This document shows positions 46,505 to 56,297 of a stretch of 64,000 bases of DNA, piece by piece. The stretch spans positions 5,347-69,346 of the IMG/VR virus record IMGVR_UViG_3300010430_000027. One strand, written 5' to 3'. Numbering within the stretch: position 1 is the first letter of the stretch; every line of letters starts with the position of its first letter. The notes beneath the pieces were generated by a model. That model worked only from the letters and a program-made list of their open reading frames with translations. It was not told the origin of the DNA and did no database searches. The position numbers and the translations under genes are program-made. The stretch comes from a virus.

Positions 46505-49500
46505 TAAACAATGCTAATACAACTATTTACGATGGAAGGGTAGATAGGGCAGCATTACTGAGATTGTATGAGAAGAACACTATAGGGAAGGTTGAAGTGG
46601 TGTTAAATGGGCATGTTGTTAGATTGGACAAGATTATTAAGACTTCCAAATTGACATCTAGAAATTTTAAGACTTTCCAATTAACAGTGGACAGGGAACT
46701 GAAGAGAACTTTTAAAGAAGCATTCAATGTTTCCAAAAGATCTTTATTGGATCTTGCATCAGACCAAGTATCGTTTACGTTCCAAAACCTAGAAGCATCG
46801 GTCAGTAATGTGTGGCGTACTCGTAAACCACAGAGGCGTGTAGCTGAAGAACTCGTATTGAAAAATCCTTTGCATCAGAATAAGACTCTAGCATTGGGTT
46901 GGATAGACGTAAGTAATAATGAGAAAAAGCGAATAGTGGGTGTGATCCGGAAAGGTCTGGCCGATGGCGATACTCCAGAAGTCATTGCCAGGAATGTTAG
47001 GCGTGGCAGTGTTCACAAAATCACAAGAAATCAATCTAAAGCTTTAGTTACCACATCAATTACTAGCGTGTATGCTCAGGCTGACCACGCTGTTTATGAG
47101 GCCAATGCTAAGATGCTACGTGGGTGGCAATATGTGGCTGTACTGGATTCAAGAACTACTCAAATATGTACACATAGGGATGGTAAAATATATCCCGTAT
47201 CTGACACATCGCATCTACCTCCAGCGCATTGGCGCTGTAGATCTACAACGACTCCCATTGTAAAAAATTGGAATGATTTGGGTAAGTTGGAAGGTGTTAA
47301 TCAGGTACGTAAGAGAAATTTAAAGAAGTTGACTCCTGCCCAAATAGCATTCTATGATGGTCAAACGCCACTTAAGGAGTCTTACAATGCATGGTTACTG
47401 AGGCAACCTAGCGATGTTCAATTACGACATCTAGGAGATCACCAAAAGGTAGAACTCTTTAACAATGGTAAATTAGAGGTCAGTAAGTTCACTGCTCCAA
47501 GTGGTGCCGAATTAGGAATACGGCAGTTACGTCAATTGACAGACTCTGACTATTCTACCCCCAATGACACCAAGAAATTCGCATTGGCCAAACAAAAATT
47601 GGATGCAATGCAGTTAGGAGCCAGTGCTCCAGAGGATTTCCTAGATAGTATTAAGCTCACAAATACCTTGAAAGAATACTATATCTTACAATCTCGTGAG
47701 TTGGGCGGCACGTTGTCCTTAACAAACTATCGTGGTAACTTAATTGGTAGCAAGACCAGGACTAAGAATTTGGTTCTCAATAGATTGCCCAGAGATGATC
47801 AACTGCTTTTCAATCCCATAACAGGTAGATATGAAGACAGTAGATTGTTTCAACCTTCTCCGGCCATCTTACAAAACAATCTAAGACTGGTGAATGAGAG
47901 CACAGTATTGAAAGCAGCTGATAAGACATATATTAATAAGTTCATAAAGAGTCTAGAAGACCATATGAGTGTTAATGAAAGAGCTGTTGTATCAGACAAT
48001 CTCAGAATCCTTTTCACAAGATATAGAAAGAATCCATCTGCATGGGCCAATTTTAAGGCCGTATCACAAGCACAAGTTAAATTTGATGTAATGAACGTTT
48101 CAGATGCAATTGAAACACAACTGAGAAAAGATGCTGACTTTTTAAAGAAGTTAAAATTAGACAATTATATTGATCCGATTCTGGGTCCTGTACAATTTAA
48201 AGATCTATCTGACAAGTTTGTAGCTAATATTCTCGCTAGAAATAAGTGGGAAGATAGGGTGGCTCCTAAGCTTGCTAGACAGCTCAGAGATGTATTTGAT
48301 GTACGCATCCCAATTAAGATAAAAAGACGCGTTCCAGATGATAAGTTACAGCAATTCTACCTAAGGTTCGCCCATAGATTGAGTCTAGCAGACAGTCCCG
48401 ATTTGGATAATTTTGCTGTGGCTCTGGGCAGAGATCTCTATAACATGGCCAATATAAACGGTACCAGAACTCAATGGTTGAATCTGGGAAAGCGACTGGT
48501 GGAGTCAAATAACAAATTCTATAGTCTAGAGACTTTTGGTGTTCAAAAACGTAGGATGAAGAGCAAATTGAGTGGTCAATACTTTGGACCATACTATGAC
48601 ACTTTCTCGCATAATATAAGAATTACCGATCCCAGGATTCAGCGGTACGCCAAGTTGAATCGTAGCATAGATGTTGGCTTGCGCGTGGGCGTTATAGACC
48701 CCAAGAACCAATTAATCTTTAGGGAAGGCGCTAAGACGTATTATGTTAGAAACAACATAGGATTGTTGACTGACACAAGGATACCGATTACCTCCACTTC
48801 CAGTTTCACAAATTTTCCTGAAAAGTTCTTAGACAAAGATATGATAGATTCCCTGAATTGGGCATCCAAAAGTAAATTCAAAGTAGATAGAGATTATCAT
48901 GATTTTGTTGTAAAGCTGTTGAACTTCAGTGATGACCGAGGTAAAGCCGCGTTCTATGACAACTTGAACACGTACAAACAATACATCATTTCGAGAGGAG
49001 ATTCTTATGAACGTTTCAAAGCTATGGAGTGGTTTTCGAAAAATGACATTGCCTTCAGCAATCACGCGTTTATTGACAGCCGTGCTAGGATTTATGAAAG
49101 AGGATTTATTGGGCCTCAAGCCGGAGAAACCTTCAGACCGTTCTTAAATACTGCCTATGAACGTAACTTCAGTCCAAGGGACTTTCAAAACTTTCAAGAT
49201 CAGATAGGTTCTTTTCTTGGTGGTTTGGATGACTTCTTCGAAGGTAGATTCAACTCATTGAGTGTTCTTGGTAGACAGCGTTTGGCAGACAAATGGCGTC
49301 CTGAGATTGTAAAGATAGGGCACCAGATGCTCAGAGGTAAACCCAGAGATATTAGAGCCATTCTGAGTTCTGAATTTGTATCTAAAATAGAAGGCGAAGA
49401 ATTGGGTAAATTTTTCAGGCTGGCTATGGAGTCAGCGAAGATAGATGATTTCTTGGGTGGTGTTTATACTCGTAAGTCTGTGGCCAACCTAAGTAAATAT

Positions 49501-51123
49501 AGAACTGCATTAGCGCTTGAACAAGATGCTTCATCTTCCGGTGCACAGATCATTGCATTGACTACTAAGAATAAGCAATTGGCTGAACTCAGTAACGTCA
49601 TTCCAACCAACCAAAAGAAGAGACTCTATGACGAGATTGCCGGTCTGACTTTCAATGATCCCAGATTTAAGAGACTCAACATGCGTCTAGGATTGAATGA
49701 GAGAGATCTCAGAAAGGCCGCTAAAGCTCAGAACATGGTAACATTCTATGGTGCTGGAGAAAGAACCGGTGTACTGAATGTTGAAAAGAAGTTGGCCAAG
49801 ATACTCGAAGAAGACGGTGAGACCCTTGTGGTCAGGGCGTCTCAGAGAGATGAGGTATTGAGTGAGATCTCGGCGAGAGTGGCACGATTTGAAAGATTTG
49901 ACCCTGAGACAGCGAGAGAGTTGACAGTACTGAGAGCTAATATAAGAGATCTTTTCAACAAAGGTCTCAATCCCGGTCAGGATATGATGGAAGAATTGTT
50001 CTTTTTGACGCCAACCACAAAAGAGTTCTTGGAGAAGATGTCCAAAAGTTATAATAAAGTTGTAACACCGAACGACTTTAAAGAGATAGCTTCTATAATG
50101 AGTGAGCATCTTGCTATACAAACGCCTATACTAAAGTCTTTCACGAAATTCATGGGGAGATTGGCTTCAGACTTTCTAGATAATGCCAAGCCATCTAAAG
50201 CTGATTTCGATTGGACGTCTGTATTCAAGCAGACATTAGTAGGTACACGCAAGGATGGTTACAAGTTGCCTCCCAGAGTGGGCGAAATCCTGGGAGTCAG
50301 CACAAAGAAGTCTGTGTCTGAAAGCTTTCTGAATCGTTTTGGATTTTGGAAACCCAATGGCACTTTGGATGAGATACTGTATGGTCCCAGGGCTCCCAAC
50401 AATAGACGTACAGGTGCCAAGTATTTCAAGACAAGTGTATTCAAGGTAAAGAAGCTATTTGAATTGGAAATATTTAAAGCCAACGTATTACCGAAGAGAT
50501 GGACAAGCGCCCCTTGGGTTAACTTTGATGGCAAGATACTTGAACAAAATTTCACATCCAGAATTGAACAGAGATTGTTTTATAGAGACAGAGATGGAAA
50601 TCCTATAAACAACATTATTCAAATTGATAATAAGACTGAAGCCACTTGGTGGGAACAGTTTGTCAATGATTCTGGCAATATAAATGATATTGCAGATACA
50701 GCTAAGGCTAAGACTTCATTTGCCGTAAATGGCACTCACTCTAATGATGCTGTATTGGTAAAAAGATTCCATCTTTGGGGAAGAGATAATAAAGTAAACA
50801 CTGCAACTGTTCATGATGCGTTTTTCACTAATGCAGCTGAGATGTTACAAGCCAAAGATGCACTGAGAGGTATATATGCGAAGGCTGTAGACTCGAATGT
50901 AATAAAACAAACATTGGATGAGATGCTCTCTAGAGGATTTCCCAGACATTTATATGATCAGTATTTAAGAGAAGCCATTGAGACTGGACTTATCCCAGTT
51001 CCAGGTAAATCGAGAATAGACGGAAGACTTCTGACTGATACAGACATACTAGGTCGCGAAGATATTTTAAGAAACATTGAAGAAGTATTTGAAGACGATT
51101 TAGCTTGGTATGGTATCGGGTAG
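46501..51123 (+). CDS. MuF (SPP1 gp7-like) head protein fused to a T7-type single-subunit RNA polymerase
   Basis: MuF motif WQYVAVLDSRTTQIC..RDG...PPAHWRCRST. RNAP motifs DSRARIY...PQ, motif A QDASSSGAQ, motif B RKAAKAQNMVTFYG, HSNDA and motif C VHDAF. Confidence 0.9.
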   Translation: MINNANTTIYDGRVDRAALLRLYEKNTIGKVEVVLNGHVVRLDKIIKTSKLTSRNFKTFQLTVDRELKRTFKEAFNVSKRSLLDLASDQVSFTFQNLEASVSNVWRTRKPQRRVAEELVLKNPLHQNKTLALGWIDVSNNEKKRIVGVIRKGLADGDTPEVIARNVRRGSVHKITRNQSKALVTTSITSVYAQADHAVYEANAKMLRGWQYVAVLDSRTTQICTHRDGKIYPVSDTSHLPPAHWRCRSTTTPIVKNWNDLGKLEGVNQVRKRNLKKLTPAQIAFYDGQTPLKESYNAWLLRQPSDVQLRHLGDHQKVELFNNGKLEVSKFTAPSGAELGIRQLRQLTDSDYSTPNDTKKFALAKQKLDAMQLGASAPEDFLDSIKLTNTLKEYYILQSRELGGTLSLTNYRGNLIGSKTRTKNLVLNRLPRDDQLLFNPITGRYEDSRLFQPSPAILQNNLRLVNESTVLKAADKTYINKFIKSLEDHMSVNERAVVSDNLRILFTRYRKNPSAWANFKAVSQAQVKFDVMNVSDAIETQLRKDADFLKKLKLDNYIDPILGPVQFKDLSDKFVANILARNKWEDRVAPKLARQLRDVFDVRIPIKIKRRVPDDKLQQFYLRFAHRLSLADSPDLDNFAVALGRDLYNMANINGTRTQWLNLGKRLVESNNKFYSLETFGVQKRRMKSKLSGQYFGPYYDTFSHNIRITDPRIQRYAKLNRSIDVGLRVGVIDPKNQLIFREGAKTYYVRNNIGLLTDTRIPITSTSSFTNFPEKFLDKDMIDSLNWASKSKFKVDRDYHDFVVKLLNFSDDRGKAAFYDNLNTYKQYIISRGDSYERFKAMEWFSKNDIAFSNHAFIDSRARIYERGFIGPQAGETFRPFLNTAYERNFSPRDFQNFQDQIGSFLGGLDDFFEGRFNSLSVLGRQRLADKWRPEIVKIGHQMLRGKPRDIRAILSSEFVSKIEGEELGKFFRLAMESAKIDDFLGGVYTRKSVANLSKYRTALALEQDASSSGAQIIALTTKNKQLAELSNVIPTNQKKRLYDEIAGLTFNDPRFKRLNMRLGLNERDLRKAAKAQNMVTFYGAGERTGVLNVEKKLAKILEEDGETLVVRASQRDEVLSEISARVARFERFDPETARELTVLRANIRDLFNKGLNPGQDMMEELFFLTPTTKEFLEKMSKSYNKVVTPNDFKEIASIMSEHLAIQTPILKSFTKFMGRLASDFLDNAKPSKADFDWTSVFKQTLVGTRKDGYKLPPRVGEILGVSTKKSVSESFLNRFGFWKPNGTLDEILYGPRAPNNRRTGAKYFKTSVFKVKKLFELEIFKANVLPKRWTSAPWVNFDGKILEQNFTSRIEQRLFYRDRDGNPINNIIQIDNKTEATWWEQFVNDSGNINDIADTAKAKTSFAVNGTHSNDAVLVKRFHLWGRDNKVNTATVHDAFFTNAAEMLQAKDALRGIYAKAVDSNVIKQTLDEMLSRGFPRHLYDQYLREAIETGLIPVPGKSRIDGRLLTDTDILGREDILRNIEEVFEDDLAWYGIG

Positions 51124-51127
51124 TTAT

Positions 51128-51146
51128 GACCCCGTTAAATTAACCC
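51128..51146 (+). promoter_or_regulatory. 19-bp conserved motif, copy 3 (candidate phage RNAP promoter)
   Basis: GACCCCGTTAAATTAACCC between the RNAP stop and the scaffold gene. Confidence 0.7.
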
Positions 51147-51230
51147 TTGAGCTATGGTTTTATAGCTTACATTTTTTAATTTGTAATATTGTATATTACG
51201 TCATTAAGTTGTACTTGAGGATAAATAGTT

Positions 51231-51905
51231 ATGCCGCCTAAAAAAGATGATGAAGACAAGAAAGATGATTTAGATGCTAAAGACATCAAAATCGACGACG
51301 ATAAAGATTCAGACGAAGGTACTAAAACACTGGAAGAACAAATTCAAGCAGGTATTGATGAAGCGTTAAAGCCAATTAAAGAGAAATTGGACGGTGCTTA
51401 CGATGCTCGTGACGAAGCTATTGCCAAAGTTAAAGACTTTGAAAGGAAAGAACGCGAAGCAGAACTTGCTCGTCTCGAAGAGGAAGGTAAGCACAAAGAA
51501 GCTTACGAATCGAGGCTTGCTGAAGAGAAAGCTGAAACGGAAGCTCTTAAAAAAGAAAATGTTAAGCTTACACGCGACATTTCTGTTAAAAATGAGCTGG
51601 CCAAATACGAATTCAGGAATGGCACCGCCAGTGAGATGGCATTCCGAAATGTTGCTGATAGTCTAGTACAAGACGATAAAGGGACATGGGTTCACAAATC
51701 TGGAGACAATATCGAAACTACAGTAAAAGACTTCTTGGAAAATTCCGACAATTCCTTCCTACTGAAAGTTAAAACATCATCTGGTTCAGGCAATGATACT
51801 GAAATTCTACCCGACACCTCAGGTACAGAGTCGAAATCTCTTTTTACAAAACCTATAGCTGAGGTACTTAAATTAGCTGGCGAGGGAAAACTTCGCAAAA
51901 AATAG
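51231..51905 (+). CDS. Capsid scaffolding protein
   Basis: Highly charged coiled coil directly upstream of the capsid gene; GAGG RBS. Confidence 0.75.
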   Translation: MPPKKDDEDKKDDLDAKDIKIDDDKDSDEGTKTLEEQIQAGIDEALKPIKEKLDGAYDARDEAIAKVKDFERKEREAELARLEEEGKHKEAYESRLAEEKAETEALKKENVKLTRDISVKNELAKYEFRNGTASEMAFRNVADSLVQDDKGTWVHKSGDNIETTVKDFLENSDNSFLLKVKTSSGSGNDTEILPDTSGTESKSLFTKPIAEVLKLAGEGKLRKK

Positions 51906-51917
51906 AGGAAGTTATAA

Positions 51918-53117
51918 ATGACTTTACGTACGGACGTTGCTGGTGCAACTGAGTTTGCACTACAAGAAGCACTCGGAGCGTACTCCGATGAGGCTTATAC
52001 TAACGCCAGGAAACTGTCAAGTACTGGAATTGTAAGCGGAAATCCAGAGATTGATACGAGTTCAGAGACCTATATCGGTCAGATGCGCTGGTTTCAACCT
52101 CTGAATCCTGTTATCAATGTAGCATCGTTGACAGTTAGCACAGCTGGTACTCCTACCACTTATGGTTCAGAATACCTGAACTACGTTAAGACGGCTCGTA
52201 CACACGGTGCTGAAAAGGTCAACTTGCAGACTCTTGTAACTCAACAAGACGGTCTTGCAAAAGTTGGTCGTGACTTCGGTGAAACTAAAGCGCAAGACGA
52301 GCACAATGCTGTTCTTTCTTTGCTGAAAGGTGTTTGTATTGCGGAAGCATTGCACGGTGCAGGTTCAGCCGGTGGTGGTGCTGGTCTAGGTGGACAATCC
52401 TGGGATAACGATCCCAAAGATCCACTGTACGGCTTTTACGTAGATCTCGGAGCTGCTCTTTTGGTTACTGCTCCCGCAGCTGCCAATATGGGTGCACAAC
52501 GTGCAGCTGGCTTTCTTGATGCTGTTGGGATGGCTTTCAAAGATTACGAGCCTTCTTTCTTCTATCTGGTCACAAGTCCAGAAGTTCTTGCATCTCTGCG
52601 CTCCGCAAATCTGGTTGATGAGACTACAGTTGTCGATGGCAACGTTGAATTCAATACAATCTTCCAAGGCAAGTTCCGTTTGATTCAGAGCCGTGCAAAT
52701 CAAAATCTGACTCCCGCAGAATTGGATCTTTTTGATGCAACCAATGCTACAAAGGCTGGTGTAGATATTCTTGGTCCTAAGACTACTTATATTGTTGTCC
52801 CTGGTGCTATCGCAATGGAATCTCTGCAGATCGCTGAAGATGTCGAGATCGATCGTGATGCTGCTGCCTACTTAGGTGGTGGTACTACTCAGATCTGGTA
52901 TCGTTGGGGTTATGTCGCTCATCCGGCTGGTTACAATTGGGCCGGTTCTCAGGATAAGTTCCCGAGTGATGCTGAGTATCAGTATGTTGTAGAAGCTGGA
53001 ACTCCTGGCCCATTGGATGCTGCAGCAGTGGCGCTTCCCGCAACAACTACCGGTACTTGGGTTCGTAAGACTGAATCAGTACTTTCACTTGGAATCCTTC
53101 CTGTATTCCATAGCTAA
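51918..53117 (+). CDS. Major capsid protein
   Basis: 399 aa after scaffold; C-terminal VEIDRD...GG....YRWGYVAHPAGYNW pattern of siphovirus coat proteins. Confidence 0.85.
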   Translation: MTLRTDVAGATEFALQEALGAYSDEAYTNARKLSSTGIVSGNPEIDTSSETYIGQMRWFQPLNPVINVASLTVSTAGTPTTYGSEYLNYVKTARTHGAEKVNLQTLVTQQDGLAKVGRDFGETKAQDEHNAVLSLLKGVCIAEALHGAGSAGGGAGLGGQSWDNDPKDPLYGFYVDLGAALLVTAPAAANMGAQRAAGFLDAVGMAFKDYEPSFFYLVTSPEVLASLRSANLVDETTVVDGNVEFNTIFQGKFRLIQSRANQNLTPAELDLFDATNATKAGVDILGPKTTYIVVPGAIAMESLQIAEDVEIDRDAAAYLGGGTTQIWYRWGYVAHPAGYNWAGSQDKFPSDAEYQYVVEAGTPGPLDAAAVALPATTTGTWVRKTESVLSLGILPVFHS

Positions 53118-53129
53118 TCGGAACGAATT

Positions 53130-53612
53130 ATGACTCTCGCCAAAGACACAAATTCTTATGTGACTAGGGCAGAGGCAGATACATATCTCGCAGACCGTTT
53201 GGATGTTCCTGCTTGGGTTGCTGCCACTGATCCTTCAAAAGATCAAGCACTTATCACAGCTACATCGCTTCTAGATCTTCAAAGCTACACTGGGTATGCT
53301 ACTTCAAATACCCAGCCTCTGGCATTTCCTCGTGTAGGTGAATACTTCGATGCTCGGGTTGGTGCAATAGTTATCTTAGACAGTGCTGTTGTTCCAAACC
53401 GAATCTTAGTTGCCACGTACGAATTAGCTGTACACTTATTAAACAATACAGGTGTGTTGGATGATACAGGTACGGTGAAAAACATTACAGTTGGTGAAAT
53501 TGAACTGCAGAATATAAGGAATCCCAACAAGATTCCCGGCTTTGTGGATCAATATATAAGGCCGCTGTTTAGTGTTACTGCACGTACGAATGCGTGGTGG
53601 AGAGCGAACTAG
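53130..53612 (+). CDS. Head-tail adaptor (DnaT-like phage family)
   Basis: NSYVTRAEAD.Y, ALITAT and QPLAFPR motifs. Confidence 0.8.
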   Translation: MTLAKDTNSYVTRAEADTYLADRLDVPAWVAATDPSKDQALITATSLLDLQSYTGYATSNTQPLAFPRVGEYFDARVGAIVILDSAVVPNRILVATYELAVHLLNNTGVLDDTGTVKNITVGEIELQNIRNPNKIPGFVDQYIRPLFSVTARTNAWWRAN

Positions 53613-53983
53613 TGAGCTACGTCAATCTTATCAACAAGAATGTAAACTTTGCATTCAACGCTGTTAAAGACTTAGCTACCACTGTTGTTCTAACAAAGAA
53701 GAACGTTACTGGATATGACTTCGGAACGAAATCGAACATCGAAAACGCGGACACTGTCATCAGCACCAAGGTTGTGGTCATAAATGCAACTAAGGGCAAC
53801 AGAGAAGACCGTAAGGCTAGTGAAAGGAATACTCAAAAGCAAGCTATTATGTTAAAGAAAGAAGACGTGGGTGATGTCTCTTTTTACGAAACGGTTACGA
53901 TAGACTCTGCCATTTTTCAATTGGGTAGAACAATTAAAGATGATGGTTTCATTGTGACTGTGGAAGCTTATAAGGAGATTTGA
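53612..53983 (+). CDS. Putative head-closure/stopper protein
   Basis: Position after the adaptor; GTG start overlaps the previous TAG. Confidence 0.6.
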   Translation: MSYVNLINKNVNFAFNAVKDLATTVVLTKKNVTGYDFGTKSNIENADTVISTKVVVINATKGNREDRKASERNTQKQAIMLKKEDVGDVSFYETVTIDSAIFQLGRTIKDDGFIVTVEAYKEI

Positions 53984-53984
53984 T

Positions 53985-54392
53985 ATGGGAAAATATGCAG
54001 ATGTGCAAAATGATATATTCTCTGTATTTGATGCCGCTGGTTGGGCCACAGAGAGTATCAAGACATATCCTCAGAATCACATACCAATCAACCCTGGAAC
54101 TGAATTTATCAGAGTATCGATAGTTCCTTCTAGTTTTCTTTCTACGCTAGATTCACTTTCAGGTCAATTAATTATAGATATATTTACGTCTGCTGGAAAC
54201 GGACCACTGCGTCCTTTCGAAATTGCAGATATCTTGGATCAATACTTGACAGGACAATACTTGGAAACGAGTGGCAATGGTGCTACACAGTTCCTCAACA
54301 GTACGGTGGGAGCTGGTCAGTTGGACATTGATGATCCTTCTTTGTATCGATCTATTTACACAATTTCTTTTAATTACACTGGAGTACAATAA
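53985..54392 (+). CDS. Putative tail terminator protein
   Basis: SGQLIIDIFTSAGNG...IADIL pattern; position before the tail tube gene. Confidence 0.7.
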   Translation: MGKYADVQNDIFSVFDAAGWATESIKTYPQNHIPINPGTEFIRVSIVPSSFLSTLDSLSGQLIIDIFTSAGNGPLRPFEIADILDQYLTGQYLETSGNGATQFLNSTVGAGQLDIDDPSLYRSIYTISFNYTGVQ

Positions 54393-55006
54393 TGGCTAAT
54401 ATTGCCTCAATTGGTGCAGGTCTTTTCTCAGACATGTCTATTTGTGTTGACGTTGGAGTTGGTAGTGATACTCAGGCGCTTATCGATGCCATCGCAGGCG
54501 GCACTCAAACTGAAACAAATTTCAAAGATTGTTTTGCGATAACTGGTGAAATCGCCAACGGTACCACCCCTGGTGTCGCTGGTAGTGGTGAATTTGTTCG
54601 TATTAAAAACATTCGCGAATTCCCAGCGATCGGTACACCACCTAACGTCGTGAACGTCCCTGTTTACGGCTCCAAGACTTCTCAGCAAATCCAGGGTCAG
54701 GCTGACGCTCCTTCCGTTGAGTTGTCACTTAACTTTGTTGGTGAAGATTGGCAGGATACCGCTGATTGGCTCGGTTCCAAAGTCGGAGACGGTCTTCAGT
54801 ATTGTTTTCGTTTTGCATTGCTGAATGCGGAGCCGACAGGTGGTTACGGTTCAGTCGCGGGTGAAATTGGTACTGTGGAAAACAGTCAGTATTTCTGGAT
54901 CGGCAAGATGGAAGCCCTTCTGGTAAATCCGCAGTTGACTGATGCTAACACTGCAACAGTAACCATTACTGTTCAATCAGACTTCTACGGTGCATTTACC
55001 GACTAG
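54392..55006 (+). CDS. Major tail (tube) protein
   Basis: IREFPAIGTPPNVVNVP.YG...QIQGQADAP.VELSLNF; followed by a terminator and chaperone genes. Confidence 0.8.
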   Translation: MANIASIGAGLFSDMSICVDVGVGSDTQALIDAIAGGTQTETNFKDCFAITGEIANGTTPGVAGSGEFVRIKNIREFPAIGTPPNVVNVPVYGSKTSQQIQGQADAPSVELSLNFVGEDWQDTADWLGSKVGDGLQYCFRFALLNAEPTGGYGSVAGEIGTVENSQYFWIGKMEALLVNPQLTDANTATVTITVQSDFYGAFTD

Positions 55007-55014
55007 TAACTAAT

Positions 55015-55044
55015 GGGGGCCTCATCATGGGGTCCCCTTTATTT
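55015..55044 (+). terminator. Intrinsic terminator after the tail tube gene
   Basis: GGGGGCCTCA-TCA-TGGGGTCCCC followed by TTTATTT. Confidence 0.65.
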
Positions 55045-55056
55045 CAGAAGAATATT

Positions 55057-55290
55057 ATGACAGAAGATGAAAAGCCATTTAGCCAAGCATACGTTCTTAG
55101 AACGACTGCAAAGCATATGAGAAAGAGTATTGATATCAGTATTCGTAAGACATTCGACAGGGTGTCTGAGTTTGCTGAAAATAGAGCGAAATCCGAAGAG
55201 GTCTTTTTGACCTTATCATTGTTACATCAAATGAGGAAACAATTGGATGACTTCCAATATGAAAATTCCGAAAATTTCAAAGGAGAATAG
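55057..55290 (+). CDS. Hypothetical protein
   Basis: ATG 55057 downstream of the terminator; 77 aa helical. Confidence 0.6.
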   Translation: MTEDEKPFSQAYVLRTTAKHMRKSIDISIRKTFDRVSEFAENRAKSEEVFLTLSLLHQMRKQLDDFQYENSENFKGE

Positions 55291-55291
55291 A

Positions 55292-55609
55292 GTGGGAAAT
55301 CAGGCAGAAAATTTATTAGCTTTGGTCGGTACAACCATGACTAAGTCTGTATCTTTTATGAATACCAAAGTTGATATTAAAAAATTAAGCGTGGCCCAGG
55401 TTCTGGAAATACAAGAACTTGCCAAAGATGCCGCCGAAGAGACTTCCGACAATTTCGCGTTGCTTAGGTTTGTTATGAATCAAGCCGTTGAAGGCGCAGA
55501 AGATCTTACAGACGAACAATTCCAAACTTTTCCCATGGATGAGTTATCAAGCTTGTCTGGTGAAATCATGAAGTTTTCCGGTATGGGAGAAGATAAGAAG
55601 GGAAAGTAG
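55292..55609 (+). CDS. Tail assembly chaperone (lambda gpG-like)
   Basis: AAGGAG RBS before GTG 55292; ends in the slippery site G GGA AAG TAG. Confidence 0.8.
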   Translation: MGNQAENLLALVGTTMTKSVSFMNTKVDIKKLSVAQVLEIQELAKDAAEETSDNFALLRFVMNQAVEGAEDLTDEQFQTFPMDELSSLSGEIMKFSGMGEDKKGK

Positions 55610-55947
55610 AGCTGTCATCTGGAGAGCTCGTCATTTATGAAATAGCGCATTGTTTGCAACTTCCGATTTATAAACTCATTCATGAAATGCCTTATACAGA
55701 GTTTGTTGGGTGGTTGAGATACTTTGAAATGCGTCCCGAAGGCTGGCGAGAAGATGACAGGACTTTCAAGTTACTTCAAGCACAGGGTGTTAAGGCTAAG
55801 CCTGAGACAATATTTTCTTCCTTGCGTGCAATATATGGCGCACACGAAGATAAGAAAGAAGGACAATTGAATGTTAATTCTTTTAGAGGTTCTGCGTTAT
55901 ATAGCAAGATAACACAGGCCAAAGGAGGTGAGAAGATTGGTTCTTAA
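55600..55947 (+). CDS. Tail assembly chaperone -1 frameshift extension (gpGT-like)
   Basis: The -1 frame from GGGAAAG reads GKVELSSGELVIYEIAHCLQLPIYKL..EMPYTEFVGWLRYF and is continuous with ORF 55654-55947. Confidence 0.8.
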   Translation, partial: GKVELSSGELVIYEIAHCLQLPIYKLIHEMPYTEFVGWLRYFEMRPEGWREDDRTFKLLQAQGVKAKPETIFSSLRAIYGAHEDKKEGQLNVNSFRGSALYSKITQAKGGEKIGS

Positions 55948-56263
55948 GGTCAGTATTGGTGGCATTCAAGCTGCCGTTAAAAAGATGAAACAACAAATTG
56001 AAGATGCAGAGAAAGCTGCAGCTTTTGTAGAAAAGCAAAAACTTGTGGAAGCTCTCAGGGTTGTTACTCCCATTGACACTGGAGAAGCCAGAGCTGGGTG
56101 GCATGTTGAAAATGATGCGGTTGTCAACCGTGTAGATCATATATCAAAGCTCAATCAGGGTTCTTCTAAACAAGCTCCCACTTTCTTTGTAGAACGAACA
56201 GTATTGAATAACACGAAGTTACGCCCTAAAGGCGTGATTGTCAAAAACATACCCTCATCATAA
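55937..56263 (+). CDS. HK97 gp10-like neck/tail-completion protein
   Basis: TPIDTGEARAGW and LNQGSSKQAP motifs; GGAGG RBS before TTG. Confidence 0.75.
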   Translation: MVLKVSIGGIQAAVKKMKQQIEDAEKAAAFVEKQKLVEALRVVTPIDTGEARAGWHVENDAVVNRVDHISKLNQGSSKQAPTFFVERTVLNNTKLRPKGVIVKNIPSS

Positions 56264-56297
56264 ATATATGGTGGGGGTTTTAAATTAGAGGTACACA

